Origin: Tolypothrix carrinoi HA7290-LM1
GTDB lineage: Bacteria; Cyanobacteriota; Cyanobacteriia; Cyanobacteriales; Nostocaceae
Length of the DNA stretch: 18,086 nt
NCBI GenBank assembly: GCA_019358935.1
Contig: JAHHIK010000141.1
Coordinates: forward strand, 1 to 18,086
Reading direction: 5' to 3'
The notes below the pieces were generated by a model, which had not been told where the DNA came from, made no database searches, and saw nothing but the letters and a program-made list of their open reading frames with translations. How positions within the stretch are numbered: the stretch's first letter is position 1; every line of letters starts with the position of its first letter. The position numbers and the translations under genes are program-made. Shown one piece after another: positions 1 through 7,883 of the stretch.

Positions 1-159
1 TTGGTAGAATTTAGGTAATATTATCATTTGATAGGTCTTGTTGAGAATACCTGACCTATCTTTTTTTACCTTAAAACGGTCACACTGTCTTATTTCCGTT
101 GCTTCAGCCTCTTTGTCACCCCTTCAGCCCCTACACTCTACGCAAAGGATTTCTTAATT

Positions 160-263
160 ATGGCTTGGCAAACACGCGATGATTCGGTTCCCGGTAAAAT
201 CTACTTAATGAAAGCTATCGGCTACGGTGGAATAATCCCAGGTTGTTTGATTGGGCGATACAA
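160..263 (+). pseudogene. 5' fragment of a GIY-YIG/T5orf172-like nuclease gene, truncated by an IS5 remnant
   Basis: ATG at 160 reads MAWQTRDDSVPGKIYLMKAIGYGGIIPGCLIGRY. This resembles the G-x-I-Y-L...R-Y-K-I-G start of T5orf172/GIY-YIG proteins. The frame then runs into IS sequence and stops soon after. Confidence 0.45.
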
Positions 264-456
264 CACCGCTTCCAGGAACAGTCGATTATCTTTGGCTATC
301 CCCACCGACATAACCGTCTCGTCCTGGTAACAGGTCTTTGATCCTTTCCCACTGGTCATCCCGTAAGGCATAACGACGGCTTGTCATGGCGATCAAATCC
401 TTCTAGTTGGCTCGATTCCTACTTTATCTTTCTTTACATTAACTGATGACACGCCC
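255..456 (-). mobile_element. IS5-family (IS427-like) remnant: one end plus frameshifted transposase N-terminus
   Basis: The minus strand from ATG 387 reads MTSRRYALRDDQWERIKDLLPGRDGYVG, then after a 1-nt frameshift near 300 reads IAKDNRLFLEAVLYR, a typical IS5 transposase N-terminus. A TIR-like end GGGCGTGTCATCA finishes at 456 within a CTAG. Confidence 0.8.
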
Positions 457-781
457 TAGTTATCGTAAATAAAATCCTCAGAGTGTTTATCCTCTGGGGT
501 TTCGTTATTTCCAACTAATTCGACTTAACACAGTCGGTGCGAGTTTCTATCTCAAGACTGTATAAGTTGATGTGTGTTTCACCTATTAAGAATATAGAAG
601 GAAAGCTCATTTATGTTTAGCTTCTGTTGGAGAAATAAAGTAAAGCTTTATACACATATAAGCTTACGTGTGTTAATCCATTAGTTCTAGCTTAAAACTT
701 TTACTTGTAGCAGTCCTCTCTCTGCTACAGTCTTCTGACTTCATTGAAAACACACTAACTTATTTAGGAGATTGTAATTCC

Positions 782-1405
782 ATGCTAACTCTCGAAGCTA
801 TTGAAAATGTGTTGTCTGCACAAATCAAAGAACAGGCTTTACCAAAAGAAATCAAAAATCCAAAAGAGCTTCTTCAGAAATGGTCTTACTTTTCAAACCA
901 AGTACCACGGTTGCTCGGAGCGGTGCTTTCTCGTGTTAAAAATCCGGATATTCACTGCTTATATGCAAAAACTATCTATGGTGAGTGCGGCTCTGGAAAA
1001 AAGACAAAGGTACACGGTAGATTATTCACCAAACTTACTAATAATTCCCCTGATTTGGATTTTATTGTACAAAGTGTGGATCCGGAATTAGAACAAATTT
1101 TTGAAGAAGCTTTGGCTCACGTATCCCAGATGTCTCAGGATGAGTCAATTGGGTTCATAGTTGGGCTTGAAGCGCCTGCTTACGACATTCTGGATATCCT
1201 TAAAAAAGCTCTTGTTTTAGTCGGAGTAACTGAAAAAGTTGTAACTGGCTCAGAATATATGTTAATTCATGAACAGGTTGAAAAAGAACACCAGGAATCA
1301 GGACATGAGGCAATGGAAATTGCCATTAAAAATGGTAGTGATTTGAATCAAATCAATCAGGGTGGAAAATACGCTGTTATATTTTGGGAAAAGTGGTGGA
1401 ATTAG
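782..1405 (+). CDS. Heme-oxygenase-like diiron oxidase (HDO; CADD/TenA/PqqC-like iron-containing redox enzyme)
   Basis: 207 aa with an AGGAG RBS. The ligand pattern E68-H78 (GECGSG...VHGRLF), E130 (GLEAP) and H163-E167-H170 (IHEQVEKEH) matches the E..H..E..HxxxD/ExxH signature of HDOs. Confidence 0.8.
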   Translation: MLTLEAIENVLSAQIKEQALPKEIKNPKELLQKWSYFSNQVPRLLGAVLSRVKNPDIHCLYAKTIYGECGSGKKTKVHGRLFTKLTNNSPDLDFIVQSVDPELEQIFEEALAHVSQMSQDESIGFIVGLEAPAYDILDILKKALVLVGVTEKVVTGSEYMLIHEQVEKEHQESGHEAMEIAIKNGSDLNQINQGGKYAVIFWEKWWN

Positions 1406-1475
1406 TGAGCCAAAACACTATAAATAGGTATTTCTGCCGAAAGTTAGACTAGTTAATACTAGCAAATATCATTTT

Positions 1476-1524
1476 TTTATTCCGTAAAAATCTCACTAAA
1501 TTTGTTATATTTTTACGGAATAAA
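1476..1524. repeat. 16-bp perfect inverted repeat in the HDO-MFS intergenic region
   Basis: TTTATTCCGTAAAAAT (1476-1491) pairs with ATTTTTACGGAATAAA (1509-1524) across a 17-nt loop. Confidence 0.8.
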
Positions 1525-1620
1525 GATATGGTAAACTATCCAAATATGAGCCAAAAATTAAAAGTAAGTTGTTTTCCAAAAATAACAATATTTACCTGAC
1601 AACAAAAACATCACTATATT

Positions 1621-2865
1621 ATGGAAATGACAGTCAATCAAAACAAAAAAAATCCAGATTTTATCAAGCTGCTATTTGCCTCTTTTATATCGCAGTGTGG
1701 CAGCTATCTTCTCACCTTATATCTTGCAACTTTTGTATTTATTTCTTCTGGTTCACCAGTTAAATCATCTTTAGTTTTTATTTTTGCTTTTTTACCATCT
1801 GTACTAGTTAGCTCACAACTAGGCAGTTGGATTGACCGCTCTATCTCTAGATCATTCTTAATATATATAGAACTGTTATCAATTTTAACTAGTGCATTAT
1901 GTGGCATAGTTGTTGCTTACAAATTGCCACTTTTTATTCTTTGTATTGCATTGGGTATACGGTCTATTTTGACATTTACTAGTAGGACTGCTGCAACTAA
2001 GTGGCTAAAATGCATTACGCCTCTTAAACTACAGTCTTCACGTATGAAACTGCTGCTTTTAAGTTTCTTCTTATCTACAGTAATTGCTGGTATTTTAGCA
2101 GCACTTATATTACAATATAGTTCAATTAATTGGGTAGTTTTGCTAGATATATTGACTTATTCAATTGGCATAATAGTTTTACTTTCTCTACAAGACTTAC
2201 CAAGTTCGCTGCGCGAAAACTTCTTAAACTTACCTTTAGTAGATTCTAGTCTGACAAAAACAATCAAAAAGATTTTACAGACTCCAGAAATAAAAACAAG
2301 TTTTCTTTTTGTTTGCCTGTCTCAGGCAATTTTTCAAGGTGCTTATTCATCTTTAATATCAGTCCTTCCCATTTTAGGCTTTAACTTAAGTCCTAACGGT
2401 GTTGGAATGTTTCAGGTTGTAACTTCAATAGGAATAATTTTAGGCTTTCTAGTCAATTGGCATTACCCATCTTTATTAGAACAAAAAACAAAAATTCCTA
2501 GTCGTACCATCACTATTTTTCTGGTTGCAACTTTGTGTTTATTTTTAAGTACTCATACTAATTCTTTACCTTTAAGCCTATTATCTTTTTTTGGGTTTAA
2601 CTTTGCCTATGAGTTTATCTGGCTTTTCAATAATACTGAATTTTTCCGAGCTAGCCCCACTAATGATGTAGCTAGATATCAATTTACTTTGACAGCATGT
2701 GCATCACTCTTGATGTCAATATTCACTCTTGTTTATGCATTTGCCATTGAAACTTTAGGTCTTCCCAACGGAACCGTTGTATTTTTGATTATTAGTATTC
2801 TGTTAATGATTATCGTTTTTTACTATATAAGTCAGAATCTTACTTCCATTAGACAACAGAGTTAA
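1621..2865 (+). CDS. MFS transporter (probable exporter)
   Basis: 414 aa with about 12 hydrophobic segments. It has the N-terminal F.KLLFASFISQCGSY, a motif-A-like GSWIDRSISR after TM2, and a central hydrophilic linker. Confidence 0.88.
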   Translation: MEMTVNQNKKNPDFIKLLFASFISQCGSYLLTLYLATFVFISSGSPVKSSLVFIFAFLPSVLVSSQLGSWIDRSISRSFLIYIELLSILTSALCGIVVAYKLPLFILCIALGIRSILTFTSRTAATKWLKCITPLKLQSSRMKLLLLSFFLSTVIAGILAALILQYSSINWVVLLDILTYSIGIIVLLSLQDLPSSLRENFLNLPLVDSSLTKTIKKILQTPEIKTSFLFVCLSQAIFQGAYSSLISVLPILGFNLSPNGVGMFQVVTSIGIILGFLVNWHYPSLLEQKTKIPSRTITIFLVATLCLFLSTHTNSLPLSLLSFFGFNFAYEFIWLFNNTEFFRASPTNDVARYQFTLTACASLLMSIFTLVYAFAIETLGLPNGTVVFLIISILLMIIVFYYISQNLTSIRQQS

Positions 2866-2948
2866 TAATATACAGATAGCTCAACATCTGCTAATGAATT
2901 ACTTAGTAGATTTATCAACCAAAATGTAAACAAGTGGGAAAAACAAAA

Positions 2949-4202
2949 ATGGAAGCTACAATTATTTTTTTTGAACCAAAAGGTACTATTTTAGAAGTTG
3001 TTCGTGTTGCAAAAAAACGCAACTTTAAAGTGGTAGCATTAACCTCAAATGCATCATTAATACAGCAAGCTCCATATCCTTATAAAACAGCTGTAGAATG
3101 TATAGATGAAATTATCACGATTCCAAATTGGAGCAACTGGAATCAAATAATAGAAGTTATTGATAAAATACACGAAAAATCTCCAATTCGAGGAACATAT
3201 TCTGGAGTAGAACCTGCGGCTATCATTAATGCAACTATTAGAGAAAAATATGGACTGCCCACTATATCTCCTCAAAGTATAGAATTAATCATTAATAAGT
3301 TTACTCTACGCAATAAATTGCGGGAAATAGGTCTTTCAAAAATAAAAAATGTACATGGAAAGATTGTTGACAAGTGGACTAAATGGGAATTTAGCGGTTC
3401 CGCATATTTTAAGCCTGTTAGAGGTTTTTTTAGTGCGTGTGTTCAAAAATGTACAAATTTCGATGAACTGCAAATTGCTAAACAAAAGTGGCAAAATTTT
3501 GTGAGTAATGGCACTTCTTGGATTCATGACTATCTTAGCTCTATCAATGAATATCATTTAGAAGAGGCTTTTAATGGTGAATTAATGTCTGTTGAAGCTT
3601 ATACTCACGCAGGTCAATTTTATTCACTGGGGATATTGTCACGAATTTTATTTTCCCAAAATCCTGTAGTTGAAATGGGTTCATGTTTTCCATACCCACA
3701 TCCTCTGGCAGATAAAATCATAGATGTAGTCAAACAGGCACATGAAAAATTAGGAATTACCTATGGTGCTACTCATACAGAAGTTATAGTTAACGAAGCA
3801 GGTGAAATTGAAATAATTGATTTAAATCCTAGATTTGTTGGAGCAGATGTTCTTCAATCAATTAATTTTGCTTATGACATTGAAATTCAGGAACTACTTT
3901 TAGATATTGCTTTAGGGAATATTCCCAAAGTAGTCAATAATTGCAATAATTATTCTTGCTTGCAGTATATTCTTCCTCCGTCCTGTAACAAGTTGCTTTC
4001 TTTAACGTTTCCAACAGTGCCTGAAATTAAATTCTCTACTAACCTTATTCCTATAGGTTCAGATATTAAGAGTACAACTGAACAGACAGATGTTATTGGA
4101 TGCTTTTTAACAGTCATGCCTACATTTAAAGAGGCAATAAATTGTTCTCAAGAACTTCGTAAACAAGTATTAATAAATGACTCTCTAAAAGGTGTTTATT
4201 AA
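2949..4202 (+). CDS. ATP-grasp amide ligase (L-amino-acid ligase-like)
   Basis: Motifs seen: NKFTLRNKL, KPVRGFFSACV, LEEAFNGELMSVE, GATHTEV and IIDLNPRFVG. ATG 2949 is the preferred start; GTG 2934 is possible. Confidence 0.88.
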   Translation: MEATIIFFEPKGTILEVVRVAKKRNFKVVALTSNASLIQQAPYPYKTAVECIDEIITIPNWSNWNQIIEVIDKIHEKSPIRGTYSGVEPAAIINATIREKYGLPTISPQSIELIINKFTLRNKLREIGLSKIKNVHGKIVDKWTKWEFSGSAYFKPVRGFFSACVQKCTNFDELQIAKQKWQNFVSNGTSWIHDYLSSINEYHLEEAFNGELMSVEAYTHAGQFYSLGILSRILFSQNPVVEMGSCFPYPHPLADKIIDVVKQAHEKLGITYGATHTEVIVNEAGEIEIIDLNPRFVGADVLQSINFAYDIEIQELLLDIALGNIPKVVNNCNNYSCLQYILPPSCNKLLSLTFPTVPEIKFSTNLIPIGSDIKSTTEQTDVIGCFLTVMPTFKEAINCSQELRKQVLINDSLKGVY

Positions 4203-4443
4203 GTACTCACATCTAAAAAACCGCAAAATTTTTTCGGGGAAAAGGAAGCGATACCATTTGCTCTTGTAGGAACCTATATCCAGTTAAAGCGAAGCTAAAA
4301 TTTTGCCAATCGGGGAATTTTTGGTGGCTGGTCGAATGCGATCGCATCGCCAATTCCAAAGCAGCATGGTCAGTTCCGAGTGTGGCTGTCTACTGGTAGA
4401 TGGTTCAAGACATTCTAAAACCCCTTCTCCCTAGTCCCTCTAA

Positions 4444-4986
4444 CCCTCTTCTACCCTACAAACCATACAATCGTTAGCCACCGAGGGCAAAGATAATTGT
4501 CAATCAACTGACGGTTTTGGGACAAGTCGCCATTCTTTTATATATAACCAAGAGTCACTTGTCCCAACCACTGATACACAAAATACACCTAGTACTGAAA
4601 ATCTTCCTAATTGTCAATCAACTGACGGTTTTGGGACAAGTCCCCATTCTTTTATATATAACCAAGAGTTGCTTGTCCCAACTACTGATACACAAAATAC
4701 ACTGAGTACTGATAATTTTACTAATTGTCAATCAACTGACGGTTTTGGGACAAGTCCCCATTCTTTTATATATAACCAAGAGTCACTTGTCCCAACCACT
4801 GATATACAAAATATACTTCTTACGCAGAAATGGTCAAAGCCAGAGGATGTTGAAAATATCGCTAGCTTCTTAGCCGACTGCGAAAGCCGCGATATGCTAC
4901 GAGAATTACGAGAATGCGATATTCCACCTCTTGCCTTTAAGCAGGCTTGTAAGCACTTACGGGAGCAATGCGATTTTGTTAGATGA
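4444..4986 (+). pseudogene. 3' remnant of a longer gene, probably the C-terminus of a cyanobacterial plasmid replication (primase/helicase-type) protein
   Basis: The frame is open from 4444 to 4986 but has no convincing start. It encodes 38-aa repeats (NCQSTDGFGTSPHSFIYNQESLVPTTDTQN...) then WSKPEDVENIASFLADC...DIPPLAFKQACKHL. The Rep assignment rests on recalled resemblance only. Confidence 0.4.
4495..4816. repeat. 114-bp tandem repeat, ~2.8 copies, each with a nested palindrome
   Basis: Units start at 4495, 4609 and 4723 (AATTGTCAATCAACTGACGG...). Each holds TTGGGACAAG...TTATATATAA...CTTGTCCCAA. Confidence 0.95.
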
Positions 4987-5660
4987 ACCCAAAAAAGTGC
5001 GATCGCCAAGCCAACTTCTCAGTACTAAAAAATATTTATGACAATTTAAATAGTATTAGTACTTAAAAGCCAGAGATGGTTCGCTCCGAAGCTCGTCCGC
5101 GATCGGTGATTGGAGTACTGTGTTGTTGTTTTTGAATATTTATTGATAATGATAATCGAATAATCGGGTGGAGAGGCGAACATCGCCTCTCCACCTCCCC
5201 TTTCTTTATGATTATCATTCTTATATTATCTTTATTTACACAGACATATTGACAAAATGTAGATGTTTTTAATCTGTCAGGGAAAGCCACAAAAAAGGTA
5301 GGATTCCCGAGTAGCAATAGTTTTAATAAAGGAAAGCACCTACCAATGACAAAAAATATATATGCAAGTTTAGATTTAATCAAATCATTGTCGCATTTTC
5401 AAGATTTAGTTACGAAACCTCTGACAAATTTCTCGAAATTTTTTGTAATAATAAGCACTATTTTATCTGCTTACTGACGTAGACAGTTTATTGAATAAGT
5501 TATCAAATCATTGACCAGAAATCTTTTTGAAGACAATGATTTGATAATTTGTGATAGAAACTTACAGCTTACTTGTCATTTAAATTACTTTTTATCTCGG
5601 TATTAGTGATCCGCGATCGCACTTTTTTGGGTTCATCTAACAAAATCGCATTGCTCCCGT
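4959..5660. mobile_element. ~700-bp segment bounded by perfect 48-bp inverted repeats (MITE-like or invertible element)
   Basis: 4959-5006 (ACGGGAGCAATGCGATTTTGTTAGATGAACCCAAAAAAGTGCGATCGC) is the exact reverse complement of 5613-5660. There is no transposase inside and no target duplication is visible. Confidence 0.7.
5167..5206 (+). terminator. 13-bp perfect hairpin with a pyrimidine/T tail (possible intrinsic terminator)
   Basis: GGTGGAGAGGCGA-ACA-TCGCCTCTCCACC is followed by TCCCCTTTCTTT. Confidence 0.5.
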
Positions 5661-5785
5661 GTTCAAGAGCGCTTGTATAGAGATAAAGCGATCGCATCAG
5701 AATAGGTCATCCCCTGTTTTTTGGGAACATGGAATGTAAACAAGGACTATTATACCCTCTTGTATATGTATTAATATTTGCGTCG

Positions 5786-6117
5786 CCGTCTTGTCTAGGG
5801 GTATGTTTTCCGAACCGTCTTGTATATAGATACCCCGAAGGGGTGTCCGCCATGCGATCGCCAAGTTTATCCGTCTTGTCTAGGGGTATGTATATCTAAT
5901 CATCTTGTATATAGATACCCGGAAGGGGTGTCCGCCAAGCGATCGCCAAGTTTATCCGTCTTGTCTAGGGGTATATGTGTTTAACCGTCTTGTATATAGA
6001 TACCCGGAAGGGGTGTCCGCCAAGCGATCGCCAAGTTTATCCGTCTTGTCTAGGGGTATGTATATTTAACCGTCTTGTATATAGATGTCCCCGAAGGGGT
6101 GTCCGCCAAGCGATCGC
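5786..6117. repeat. 85-bp tandem array, ~4 copies (iteron- or centromere-like)
   Basis: Units start at 5786, 5871, 5956 and 6041. Each has two CCGTCTTGT-type sub-repeats, TAGGGGTAT, a GATACCCC-GAA-GGGGTGTC-type mini-hairpin and one HIP1 site. Confidence 0.95.
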
Positions 6118-6189
6118 GTCTCACAAGCAAACTCTACCACATCCGGCAATAAGGAACTGACGTAATAGACAGTTTTCAAAAGGATGGGC

Positions 6190-6235
6190 TTTAATCAACT
6201 CTCCACCAAACCCATTCGGTGGAGAGTTGATTAAA
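6190..6235. repeat. 18-bp perfect inverted repeat (hairpin or cruciform)
   Basis: TTTAATCAACTCTCCACC (6190-6207) pairs with GGTGGAGAGTTGATTAAA (6218-6235) across a 10-nt loop. Confidence 0.85.
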
Positions 6236-6379
6236 TCATCACGCCCAGGATACTGTCAATAATGGATTTCGTAAGCAATGGGTACAAAATAACGAAGCCT
6301 ATTGCAAGTTTTTTTTCAAAAAAGACTAAACCCTTTTTTATCTTCTAGTAACAGGTTAGCCTATTAACCTGCTATATAA

Positions 6380-7600
6380 TTAGTGGTTGTGGCAATCCTG
6401 ACAACCACGTTCGTAGTAGGAACGTAAAGAGGAAAAAGTTTTAAACAGCCAATTGCTACCAACCTCCCACTCTTCAATACAATTAAGCGTCATGTAATAC
6501 CCACTTTTATAAGCAGCAACACTCATGTTAACTGGGAAGCCAGTAGTAATCCTAGTAATTTGCATCGGAACACTCATCAAAGCCTCTAAGTGACTATTGT
6601 TATTTTTTCCAGTAAGGAAGTAAAATACAATCATCTGTACTAAAGAAGGAAGTAACAACAAGCGGTCTGACCATTTAGTAAAATGTAGCTTAATACGAAA
6701 ATAGCCAGTGGGAATACCCTCATCTTCATAGATATTACTCGATTCCATATCCAGTAATTCTGTTTCAGATAAAGTTAAATCACTATCCGAAATAGTAAAT
6801 AAAGTATTTGCTCCCAACTCTCTTCTTAAATAAACAAGCGTCATTCCCCAACGTTTGCCATCTTTTTCCAATATATCGACTGCTACCTCTGAATGATGCC
6901 GACCGTACTTTTGCTGTAGCGCCGCCACAGCTTTTGAATTTAAGTTATCTTTCCAAGTAGATTTTTCAAAAAAATCTTTAAAGTAGTATCCCGGACAATC
7001 AGTTTTTCCCGCTGCTATTAGTTCCGCTAAATCCGGTTCAGCAGCAATATATTCCTGTAAGGAAATCTCTAGTTCATCTTTGATATGAGGTGGCAACAAA
7101 CACCTTACCTCATCCAAACTCAAGGGATAGTCTAAATAGGGATGTCCCATCAATATATAAGGATCTGCCAAGTCCTGTAAACATTCAAGTACAAGCTGAC
7201 GGGCAAAATACTCGTTACCCTTATTTATCGGTTGCCCACTTAGTTCTTTTTCAACCGCAATGAGGGCGATCGCACTCAAAGAAAAATAAGCCGCATCATG
7301 CACGCAAGTAGGTAATTGCCCAAAAGGTTGAGTAAGCAATAAATCGAGGACTTCTCGTAGCACACCAATTCTCTGGGTATTAGATATATCTCCAAAATGA
7401 CGAATCCCAATTCCATCGGTATTTTCTAACCAAGCCTCATTTGTTACTTCTAGATGGCTACTATAATCAGCGGGCAAAGCGGGCACCTCACCCTGAGATC
7501 GCAGATAACTGTCTTCATCCTGCTGCAACCACATAAGAGCAAGCAAGGTTAGCTTACAGACAGCCATATTCCGCCGCAACCGACGTTCCAGTTTAGTCAT
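6380..7600 (-). CDS. Hypothetical protein (~406 aa), no family recognised
   Basis: Long uninterrupted ORF. ATG 7600 is preceded by a GGAG RBS (the track starts at TTG 7612). A small hairpin (6349-6374) follows the stop. Confidence 0.8.
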   Translation of the reverse strand: MTKLERRLRRNMAVCKLTLLALMWLQQDEDSYLRSQGEVPALPADYSSHLEVTNEAWLENTDGIGIRHFGDISNTQRIGVLREVLDLLLTQPFGQLPTCVHDAAYFSLSAIALIAVEKELSGQPINKGNEYFARQLVLECLQDLADPYILMGHPYLDYPLSLDEVRCLLPPHIKDELEISLQEYIAAEPDLAELIAAGKTDCPGYYFKDFFEKSTWKDNLNSKAVAALQQKYGRHHSEVAVDILEKDGKRWGMTLVYLRRELGANTLFTISDSDLTLSETELLDMESSNIYEDEGIPTGYFRIKLHFTKWSDRLLLLPSLVQMIVFYFLTGKNNNSHLEALMSVPMQITRITTGFPVNMSVAAYKSGYYMTLNCIEEWEVGSNWLFKTFSSLRSYYERGCQDCHNH

Positions 7601-7712
7601 AAACTTCTCCAATAATCACTATTTAGGCATAGATATCATCAAGATGCCCATAGAAATACAAACCACATCAAGTGCCAAGCACTTGAAACAAAAAGTCACA
7701 AATATTACACAC

Positions 7713-7883
7713 ATGAATACTATCTCTATACAGTTTAATCAACTAGATAAAATTTCTAGCCTGCTTAGGCAACATGGTGCAATAGTAATTGTAAAAAAAG
7801 GAACAAACAATCAACGAATAATTATCCTTAAGCGTCAACCAACAGTCGATATAGCAACAATCATAGGTGGTACACCACCTTAA
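7713..7883 (+). CDS. Small hypothetical protein (56 aa)
   Basis: MNTISIQFNQLDKISSLLRQHGAIVIVKKG... It is divergent from the 406-aa gene and co-oriented with ssb. No motif recognised. Confidence 0.4.
   Translation: MNTISIQFNQLDKISSLLRQHGAIVIVKKGTNNQRIIILKRQPTVDIATIIGGTPP

Noticed and set aside
706..729. TGTA...TACA as an NtcA box upstream of the HDO gene
   Set aside because: The spacing is GTA-N16-TAC, not N8. It is an 8-bp hairpin (TGTAGCAG/CTGCTACA) of unknown role.
801..3557. Track ORFs 801-1091, 1569-1763, 1704-1907, 3057-3275 and 3336-3557
   Set aside because: They are alternate-frame or antisense shadows of well-supported genes.
4495..4816. CRISPR array reading of the 114-bp repeats
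   Set aside because: The intervening sequences are conserved copies rather than unique spacers, and there are no cas genes.
5035..5580. Scattered TGACAA motifs as Tn7/CAST TnsB sites
   Set aside because: The spacing is irregular, there is no TGT terminus or 5-bp duplication, and no tns genes are present.
5786..6117. CRISPR or guide array reading of the 85-bp repeats
   Set aside because: The variable patch is only ~8-10 nt and clearly related between units, so it is a tandem duplication.
4517..6160. Track ORFs 4517-4705, 4728-5009, 5063-5383 and 5975-6160
   Set aside because: They arise from repeats or AT-rich non-coding DNA and have no convincing RBS or motifs.
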